This document shows, one piece after another, positions 1 through 6,473 of a stretch of 12,212 nt of DNA. The notes under the pieces are model-generated. The model was not told where the DNA came from. It ran no database searches and saw only the letters and a program-made list of their open reading frames with translations. Location: the NCBI GenBank assembly GCA_039815185.1, contig JBCBZT010000103.1:1-12212 (forward strand). Direction: 5' to 3'. Each line of letters starts with the position of its first letter. Within the stretch, counting starts at the first letter, position 1. Source of the DNA: Cyanobacteria bacterium P01_A01_bin.123 (lineage in GTDB: Bacteria; Cyanobacteriota; Cyanobacteriia; Phormidesmidales; Phormidesmidaceae). A program made the translations under genes and the position numbers.

Positions 1-2402
1 ATTGCATTTGAGAAGTAATCAACATCAAACAGGTTCTTAAAGTTGATTGCGGCATTAAAACGGTCACGTTTGTAATATATTGCAGCATCGGTTCGCAGGT
101 AGCTATCAAGTTCAAAGGTGTTGCTTAAATCACCTTCTCGATCGCCAATGAAAAATAGGCCCAGACCAAATCCTAAGCCTTCAAGATCGCCTTCCTGGAT
201 TTCATAGGTTGACCAGAGGTTAAAGCTATTTTCAGGGACATTATCTAAGCGATTTCCTTCTTCAAAGGTATTGTCTTCAACTACAGAAGCATCGTTATAA
301 GCATACCCTGCCGTAATATTCCAGCCCGGCAAGATTTCACCCGCAACATCTAACTCAACGCCACGGCTTCGTTGTTTCCCCGATTGGATTGAAAAAATAG
401 GATCGTTTGGATCTTGGGTTCGAATATTTGTACGAGTTAAATCGTAGAGTGCTAATGTTGCTGACAGTTGATCAGTTATATCAGCTTTGACACCAATCTC
501 ATACTGAGTTCCACGCTCTGGATCAAAAGTACTGTTGTCAAGTGCACTTCCAACAACTTGCTGAAACGATCGACTGTAGCTGGCGTAGAGGGAAATCGGC
601 TCAATAGGCTGATAAACAATGCCAATGCGGGGGCTAAACGCTTCATCTTGCTGAGATGTCTCTGAATCAGTAACAAAGTCCTCAAAAGTTTGGTCCACGA
701 TATCGAATCGTCCCCCCAGCAGCAAGATAAAATTGTCTGTGAGATCAATCTGATCTTGAAGGTAAATTCCTAATGAATCGTTGGTTTGAAGCGAGTTGAA
801 GAGAGTACCAGAACCTAGAGGCTGCCCATAAACTGGGTCAAACAAGTCTAGGGGACCGGCATCACCAAAAAGACCATTCGTATTAGTTTCTGATCTGGCT
901 AGTTCAAATCCTGCAACTAGCCGATGATCAATACTTCCAGTTGAGAATTCACCTGTGACATAGGTATCTAGAGCATAGGTTCTAACTGAAAATGGTTCTA
1001 CGTTTTCAAAGTAGAATCTGTCAGCAGTTCGGTTATCCGGTCGAAAACCTGTTAACCCGATTTGTAGCCCGTCAAAGTCTCGGTCGGTCAGCTGAAATGC
1101 ATTACGAATTTGCCAATTATCGCTAAAGCGATGTTCTAAGTCGTACCCAAGTCGGTACGTTCGAATATTGAACTTACTTTCATCAGGCTCTCCAGTGAAT
1201 AGATCTAATGGAAGGTCTCCGTTGGGATTATCAATCGCAGTTCCGAAGGCAGGTATACCAAAAGTACCTGGACTGTCGGTTTCTTGATATTCCCCTTCCA
1301 AGGTTAATTCAGTGCGATCATCAAAACGAAATGCAAGGGTAGGACCGATAAAATAACGCTCCTCATCGAAGAAATCAATAAAGCTATCTGTAGTTTGAGC
1401 GGCCGCGTTTAGACGATACAGAACGCTGCCTGACTCATTGAGTGGCCCTGTAAAATCAAGAGTGCCTCGATAAAAATCGAAATTTCCAGCTGTAGCTTCA
1501 ACTTCATAGGACGGCTCTGGAAGTGGCCTTTCGGTAATGATGTTAACTGTTCCTCCAGGAGTGACTTCCCCATATAGAACAGACGCTGGCCCTTTCAAAA
1601 CTTCAACGCGTTCGATATTGACCGGATCAGCGATAATAAATGGACCACTTTCGTCTCTTATTCCATTTCTAAGAAACGACGAGTTGAACGGCCCACCAAA
1701 TCCTCGTATATAGACTCCATCTCCTTCCTGGGCACGCCCAGTGGTGGTTACAACGCCACTGGCATTTCTTAGCACCTCTCCCAACCGCAGAGCATTTTGC
1801 TCCTCGATTACGGGTTGAGAGATCACTTGGATTGCTTGAGGAATATCGCGCAGCAGCGTATCTGTCCGTGTTCCCACTTCCCCGGTTACCACAAGTCTCA
1901 GCGGCTCATCGGTCTCACCTACCTGGGCAATTCCCGGCACTATGCCCAGCATCAACCCTGCCGCATCCGTCCCCACCTCCACATCCGGCACTGCATCGGT
2001 TCCCGTAATCACCACCTGCACCCGGTCACCCGCCAGCGGCGATACCTGCACAAGGGCAATGCCCTCCGCCGGGGCAAATTCTTCAAACCCTTCTCCCACC
2101 AGCACCGCATTGGGAATCTCCAAAACCAGCGCATCGCCTGAAACCGACGTGGTCGGCTCTGCTAGTACACCGTTCGCCGTCTCTAGCACCATCTGCAAGC
2201 CCGCATCGGTTGCCTCCACCCGCACATCGGTAATCTGCACCCGTGACGCCTCAATCTGCGCCACCCAATCTGTCACCGCCGTTGCCGGGGCTGTCTCCTG
2301 AGCGGACACCTGGGCTTGGACCGGCAAAGCCCTGACCGCACTCACCAAACCCAGCACCATTGCTAGCCGTATCGTTGCCCCAAACTGAGTCATCACTACC
2401 AT
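1..2402 (-). CDS. TonB-dependent siderophore receptor with N-terminal AMIN domain (TBDT1), 3' end truncated by window edge
   Basis: Manual translation from ATG 2402 (preceded by GAGGA) is open for 800 codons to the edge: signal peptide MVVMTQFGATIRLAMVLGLVSAVRALPVQA, AMIN-like VQITDVRVE...LGIVP, TonB-box-like LRLVVTGE, plug motifs RDIPQAIQV and NIERVEVLKGPASVLYG, barrel motifs LGIYLQDQI, AFSPRIGIVYQP, YLRTDAAIYYK, NFKNLFDVDY. Paralogous to 6474..8948. Confidence 0.95.
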   Translation of the reverse strand, partial: MVVMTQFGATIRLAMVLGLVSAVRALPVQAQVSAQETAPATAVTDWVAQIEASRVQITDVRVEATDAGLQMVLETANGVLAEPTTSVSGDALVLEIPNAVLVGEGFEEFAPAEGIALVQVSPLAGDRVQVVITGTDAVPDVEVGTDAAGLMLGIVPGIAQVGETDEPLRLVVTGEVGTRTDTLLRDIPQAIQVISQPVIEEQNALRLGEVLRNASGVVTTTGRAQEGDGVYIRGFGGPFNSSFLRNGIRDESGPFIIADPVNIERVEVLKGPASVLYGEVTPGGTVNIITERPLPEPSYEVEATAGNFDFYRGTLDFTGPLNESGSVLYRLNAAAQTTDSFIDFFDEERYFIGPTLAFRFDDRTELTLEGEYQETDSPGTFGIPAFGTAIDNPNGDLPLDLFTGEPDESKFNIRTYRLGYDLEHRFSDNWQIRNAFQLTDRDFDGLQIGLTGFRPDNRTADRFYFENVEPFSVRTYALDTYVTGEFSTGSIDHRLVAGFELARSETNTNGLFGDAGPLDLFDPVYGQPLGSGTLFNSLQTNDSLGIYLQDQIDLTDNFILLLGGRFDIVDQTFEDFVTDSETSQQDEAFSPRIGIVYQPIEPISLYASYSRSFQQVVGSALDNSTFDPERGTQYEIGVKADITDQLSATLALYDLTRTNIRTQDPNDPIFSIQSGKQRSRGVELDVAGEILPGWNITAGYAYNDASVVEDNTFEEGNRLDNVPENSFNLWSTYEIQEGDLEGLGFGLGLFFIGDREGDLSNTFELDSYLRTDAAIYYKRDRFNAAINFKNLFDVDYFSNA
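1935..2240 (-). repeat. AMIN-domain coding segment, paralogous to 8502..8807
   Basis: Both segments are 306 nt / 102 aa, ungapped, 71/102 aa identical by hand count; shared DNA such as CCTGGGCAATTCC and TGCACCCGGTCACCC. Confidence 0.85.
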
Positions 2403-2403
2403 G

Positions 2404-2412
2404 TCCTCACAC
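2404..2412 (-). promoter_or_regulatory. RBS region / putative Yfr1 sRNA pairing site (GTGTGAGGA) of TBDT1
   Basis: mRNA GUGUGAGGA, 1 nt before the ATG, is complementary to 9 nt of the conserved Yfr1 motif ACUCCUCACAC; the same 9-mer precedes TBDT2. Confidence 0.6.
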
Positions 2413-2423
2413 ATGATCCTTCT

Positions 2424-2442
2424 ATTGCGAAGAATTCTTACT
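2424..2442. promoter_or_regulatory. Fur (FurA) box upstream of TBDT1
   Basis: ATTGCGAAGAATTCTTACT, 14/18 match to the palindrome ATTGAGAATnATTCTCAAT. Confidence 0.75.
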
Positions 2443-2453
2443 TGTTAGGCATG

Positions 2454-2514
2454 AGAATAAGAGCAGGGCAATACTGAGATCCACTCCGATACTTCACAAT
2501 TACCCCAAGACTTC
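2454..2514 (-). promoter_or_regulatory. Putative TBDT1 promoter: -10 (TATTCT, 2459-2454) with upstream imperfect direct repeat
   Basis: Minus strand GAAGTCTTGGGGT (2514-2502) and GAAGTATCGGAGT (2495-2483), 10/13 identical, 19 bp period; -10 lies 11 bp from the Fur box, as in the other two TBDT promoters. Confidence 0.45.
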
Positions 2515-2529
2515 GTCTGAGGCAAAAAA

Positions 2530-3525
2530 TCAGGGTTGATGGCGAATCGAACCGCGCAGGCATTCACGGGGGGTGATGCCAAACTGACGCTTAAACGCAG
2601 CCGAAAACTGGGCCGGATTTGCGTAGCCCACCTGATTGGCGACCTCCGCCACTGTGCAGTCTAGCTGCCGCAGTAGTCGTTCCGCTTGTTCCATGCGATG
2701 GCGGGTTAAATAAGCAAACGGGGTCACTCCAAACACCGTCCGAAATCCTTTGTTTAGAGTGGTAGGGCCAATGCCGATCCGCTGGGCTAGCTCGGTGTTA
2801 GAGGGTGGGTTTTCTAAGTGCGATCGCAATATTTCTGCCGCGTAGTGAATCCGAGCGGTCGTATCAGCCTTAAGCAAACCCGATGGAGCGGTCGTTTTCT
2901 TCTTAGGCATCCCATCAAGCTGTAGCGCCATCAGCTCAAACACCTTGCTTTGTAAATACAGTCGCTTAGTGGTGCCGGTAAATGGACAGTCGATGATCTG
3001 CTGTACCACTGCCCGCATTGCCCCAGTCACCTTTGGCGAAAAGACCTGCTGCCAATCATCTCCTTGCACCAGAAGCTGAAATTCAGGCGGTAGTTCACCC
3101 GTTGGGGTTGCAAATAGCTGCCTCAGCAGTTGCGGCTGCAGATGAATATTCACTCCAAGTTCGAGTTGATTGGCTGAGTGCCAGTTGCTTACAGCAGGTT
3201 GAATGCCGCTGCCACCGATGTAGCTATGGTTTGAATCTTGATAAAGAAAGCTACCGCTGTCTACAGTTCCCGACAGATGCACCATAAACTGTATTGGATG
3301 TGCATTCTCAACGCCTCTGTAGATAAATCCATCGGGGTAAATTTCGTAAAAGATAGACAGCTCTAAACCTGAACACAGTTCGATTTTGCGGCTGTAGCCA
3401 TAGCCCAGCTGCGCAGGCAGTGTGTGGATGCTTTCCACACCGTCAGCTGATGATACTGGAGGACAGTGCTGCTCAGCTTCTGCATAGATCTTATCGAGTT
3501 TTGCACCTGTCAATTCTAGACTCAT
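2530..3525 (-). CDS. AraC-family transcriptional regulator, PchR/YbtA-like (araC1)
   Basis: C-terminal double HTH (PPSNTELAQRIGIGPTTLNKGFRTVFG...VAEVANQVGYANPAQFSAAFKRQFGITP) and CPFTGTTKRLYLQSKVFEL motif. Start moved to ATG 3525 (MSLELT...) because the track's TTG at 3567 lies inside a Fur box and MSL- matches araC2. Confidence 0.93.
   Translation of the reverse strand: MSLELTGAKLDKIYAEAEQHCPPVSSADGVESIHTLPAQLGYGYSRKIELCSGLELSIFYEIYPDGFIYRGVENAHPIQFMVHLSGTVDSGSFLYQDSNHSYIGGSGIQPAVSNWHSANQLELGVNIHLQPQLLRQLFATPTGELPPEFQLLVQGDDWQQVFSPKVTGAMRAVVQQIIDCPFTGTTKRLYLQSKVFELMALQLDGMPKKKTTAPSGLLKADTTARIHYAAEILRSHLENPPSNTELAQRIGIGPTTLNKGFRTVFGVTPFAYLTRHRMEQAERLLRQLDCTVAEVANQVGYANPAQFSAAFKRQFGITPRECLRGSIRHQP
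2820..2827. repeat. HIP1 octamer GCGATCGC (also at 9349-9356 and 11507-11514)
   Basis: Exact HIP1 palindrome; three copies found by eye, one in each araC gene. Confidence 0.8.
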
Positions 3526-3549
3526 GGACGCTGGAATAACTGAGTAGTT

Positions 3550-3568
3550 AATGATAATTAATCTCAAT
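3550..3568. promoter_or_regulatory. Fur box upstream of araC1
   Basis: AATGATAATTAATCTCAAT, 15/18 match to consensus, 24 bp upstream of ATG 3525. Confidence 0.8.
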
Positions 3569-3623
3569 AATTCCGAATTCGACCTAAAAAGTCAAGCTGT
3601 TAGGACATATAGACAATCGTTAA

Positions 3624-5423
3624 TCAGTTGCCGGTTAACGGTTGCTCAACCCACTCCACTCCTGACTGCACTCGCCACAGGTTGGCATAGATTCCATTTT
3701 GGGCCAGCAAGTTTTCATGGGTTCCCTGCTCCACAAGCTGGCCTTTGTCCATGACGTAGATACAGTCAGCCCGCCGGATGGTCGACAGTCGGTGAGCAAT
3801 GGCAATTGTGGTGCGATTCTGCGTAATCTTAGTCAACGATTTCTGAATGGCCGCTTCGGTTTCGTTGTCTACTGCGGAGGTAGCCTCATCAAGAACCAGG
3901 ATAGGCGGATTTTTGAGAATGGTGCGAGCAATGGCGATGCGCTGTCGCTGTCCGCCGGAGAGTTTTTGGCCCCGTTCGCCCACAATGGTGTCATACTCTT
4001 GGGGCAGCTGCTGAATAAAGTCGTGGGCCTCAGCTGCTTTTGCGGCCTGGATAATCTGGTCATGGCTGGCCTCAAAGCTACCATAGGTAATATTTTCAGC
4101 AACGGTGCCATGGAATAAAAACACATCCTGGCTGACCCAACCAATATGGCGACGCAGATGTGCTAAGCCCAAGGTCTGAATATCCTGATCATCAATTAAA
4201 ATGTCTCCCTGCTGCGGTTGGTAGAACCGCAGTAACAGTTTTATCAGGGTGCTTTTGCCAGAACCGGTTGCGCCGATAATACCAATAGTTGAGCCAGCTG
4301 GAATTTTTAGAGAGAGCTTTTTGATAACGGGATGCTGCGGCTGATAGGCAAAGGTGATCTGGTCAAAGCTAATCTCACCGCGTAGTGATGGTTGTGGGAT
4401 GCCTGAATAAGAGACTGATGATTCAATCGGGCTATCCAACAGACGCATCACCCGCCGGACAGACGCCATGGCTCGCTGGTACTCATCAAAAATCTCGCCT
4501 AGCTCGGTAAAAGGCCACAGCAGATCTTGGACAATAAACACCATAAAGCCATAGGTGCCGACGCTGAGCTGTCCGACAAGTACGGCTCGTCCTCCAAGAT
4601 AAAGCGTGGCGACAAAGCCGAGCAAAATCAGAAATCTCAGCAGCGGTTGAAAAGCCGTACTCAGGGCAATGGCGCTGTGGTTGCTGGTGCGATAGGCATC
4701 GCTTTCTTGTTCGACTCTGTATTGTTCGTAGGCTTCGGTGGTAAAGCTTTTGATGGTGGCGATACCGGAGATATTGTTGGCCAGCCGGGCACTGATTTGG
4801 GCGCTGTGGTTACGGACTTCACTGTAGCGAGGACCCAGGCGTTGCTGAAAGGCCAGTGCTCCCCAGAGGATAAAGGGAATGGGCACCATGGCCAGCCAGG
4901 CAATGCTGGGGGCGATAACTATAAAGCTGAGACCGACAGCGATGACACGGGTAAAAAAGCCAATCAGGTCACGGGCACCGGTATCTAAAAAGCGTTCTAG
5001 CTGATTGATGTCGTCATTAAGAATAGAGAGCAGGGTGCCGGTGCTGCGGTCTTCAAAATAGCTGATCTCTAGGCGCTGTAGGTGGTCGTAGGCATCAACG
5101 CGCAGTTCGTGCTGGAGGGTTTGAGCCAGGTTACGCCACAGCTGGTCAGCGCTGTACTGGGTTAGGGATTCGAGCCCCCAGGTAAAAATAGTGAGGAGAG
5201 AGACAATCAGCAGTTGGGTGTGGACACTTTGGATGCCCAGACGGGCGAGTTGGGAGGCGTCTTGTTGGACGAGGATATCGACGGCGATGCCGATGAGGAA
5301 AGGTGGGGCGAGGTCAAAAAGGGTGCGAAGGATGGAGCAGAGAGTTGCGGCGACGATGCGAGATTGGAATGGTTTAGCGTAGCGGAGTAGATGCATTAGA
5401 GGCCAAGGTGGGCAAGTGCTCAT
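3624..5423 (-). CDS. ABC transporter, fused TMD + NBD half transporter (ABCB/MsbA-like fold)
   Basis: N-terminal multi-helix membrane domain; Walker A GATGSGKST, Q-loop VSQDVFLF, signature LSGGQRQR, Walker B LVLDEATSAVD, H-loop IAHRLST. Confidence 0.93.
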   Translation of the reverse strand: MSTCPPWPLMHLLRYAKPFQSRIVAATLCSILRTLFDLAPPFLIGIAVDILVQQDASQLARLGIQSVHTQLLIVSLLTIFTWGLESLTQYSADQLWRNLAQTLQHELRVDAYDHLQRLEISYFEDRSTGTLLSILNDDINQLERFLDTGARDLIGFFTRVIAVGLSFIVIAPSIAWLAMVPIPFILWGALAFQQRLGPRYSEVRNHSAQISARLANNISGIATIKSFTTEAYEQYRVEQESDAYRTSNHSAIALSTAFQPLLRFLILLGFVATLYLGGRAVLVGQLSVGTYGFMVFIVQDLLWPFTELGEIFDEYQRAMASVRRVMRLLDSPIESSVSYSGIPQPSLRGEISFDQITFAYQPQHPVIKKLSLKIPAGSTIGIIGATGSGKSTLIKLLLRFYQPQQGDILIDDQDIQTLGLAHLRRHIGWVSQDVFLFHGTVAENITYGSFEASHDQIIQAAKAAEAHDFIQQLPQEYDTIVGERGQKLSGGQRQRIAIARTILKNPPILVLDEATSAVDNETEAAIQKSLTKITQNRTTIAIAHRLSTIRRADCIYVMDKGQLVEQGTHENLLAQNGIYANLWRVQSGVEWVEQPLTGN

Positions 5424-5445
5424 TGGCTAGTTTGATTCACAGAGA

Positions 5446-6423
5446 TTAGAGATTATTGCTGAAATACTCGTAGAGGTCATCAATAAACTGATTAACGGTA
5501 ATGGGTCCCCATACATCTAAAACCATCGGATGTACTTGTTTATTTTTTACTACGTTCAGGGTGGACCAAATTGGCTTTTGAGTCAGTAGCTTAAAGTCTT
5601 CGGCATGTCTTTTATAGTTGCGAATAACAAACAAAAAATCAGCGTCCCACTGGGGTAGAGCTTCTATATTTATGGGATGGTAGCCAATGGTTTTGATAGT
5701 GGCGTGGGCAGGGCTAAACTGTACCCCTGCATCATCCATGACCTGATTGTAAATTCGAGTGCCCAGTTTCTCGATGTAAAATGAAGTCTGATCAACGCCA
5801 ATCACAGAGACTGTTTTGTCTTGTAATTTTTCTCCAAACTGTTGTCGAAACGCTGATACTTTTCTATCATAGTCAGCCACGATGTCATCCACTAACTTAT
5901 TTTTATCTAGAATCTCAGCAAGGTACCTAAGAGTTGGGATAAAGCCATTAAGATCAGGGTCTTCTACTATCACGGTTGGCGCGATTTCAGACAGTCGCGG
6001 ATAAAACTGCTCCTGCCATGGCAATCCTAAAATCAAATCGGGTTTAAGGCTAACAATCGTTTCTAAGGATGGCGCGGTCACATTCCCCAGCTTAGGAATA
6101 TTGGCCACAAATTCGCTAAGAATTTCTGAAGGGATGCATGCCTGACAAGGAGTATATCCAACTAGCTTGACGTCAAGCGCCGATAGGGCATCCAGCAGAT
6201 AAAACTCGTCTAATATCACGATTCGCTGAGGATTAGCCGGGATACAGGTTTCGCCTAGGGCATGTTGAACAACTTTACAGGTTTCTGTGCCATCTGAATT
6301 TTTTGACAGTGAACTTGGTGTTTGGCTACTTGGCTGATAACAAGCTGTCACTAGAGTAAAGGATAAAGCCACCAGTAACAATGGCTTTATCCAATGACGC
6401 ATTGCAGTGCTGATTGCTCTCAT
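5446..6423 (-). CDS. Iron-siderophore ABC substrate-binding lipoprotein (FecB/FhuD-like)
   Basis: Lipobox LVTA-C, motifs VQHALGETCIPANPQRIVIL, PSLETIVSLKPDLILG, LSEIAPTV, PIWSTLNVVKNKQVH. Start is ATG 6423 or ATG 6402; the track's TTG 6477 gives an over-long signal peptide. Confidence 0.9.
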   Translation of the reverse strand: MRAISTAMRHWIKPLLLVALSFTLVTACYQPSSQTPSSLSKNSDGTETCKVVQHALGETCIPANPQRIVILDEFYLLDALSALDVKLVGYTPCQACIPSEILSEFVANIPKLGNVTAPSLETIVSLKPDLILGLPWQEQFYPRLSEIAPTVIVEDPDLNGFIPTLRYLAEILDKNKLVDDIVADYDRKVSAFRQQFGEKLQDKTVSVIGVDQTSFYIEKLGTRIYNQVMDDAGVQFSPAHATIKTIGYHPINIEALPQWDADFLFVIRNYKRHAEDFKLLTQKPIWSTLNVVKNKQVHPMVLDVWGPITVNQFIDDLYEYFSNNL

Positions 6424-6473
6424 GGTTATGATGTTTGATGCTTTGCAACAATTTACAGTGGCTTTTGGGGTTA

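Noticed and set aside
7..25. Fur-box-like TTTGAGAAGTAATCAACAT
   Set aside because: Poor right arm and inside the TBDT1 coding sequence; probably chance, though downstream context is outside the window.
468..2301. Track ORFs 468..665, 476..748, 1797..2141 and 1942..2301
   Set aside because: Antisense or off-frame shadows of TBDT1, which is open across 1-2402.
3526..3567. Upstream TTG starts for araC1 (3567), araC2 (10125) and fecB-like (6477)
   Set aside because: They lie in or next to Fur boxes or give an over-long signal peptide; downstream ATGs give matching MSL- N-termini and a normal lipoprotein signal.
3018..5382. Track ORFs 3018..3287, 3551..3754, 3699..4118, 3869..4144, 4527..4988, 4661..4903, 5191..5382
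   Set aside because: Overlap the well-supported araC1 or ABC genes and show no recognisable motifs; 3551..3754 starts inside a Fur box.
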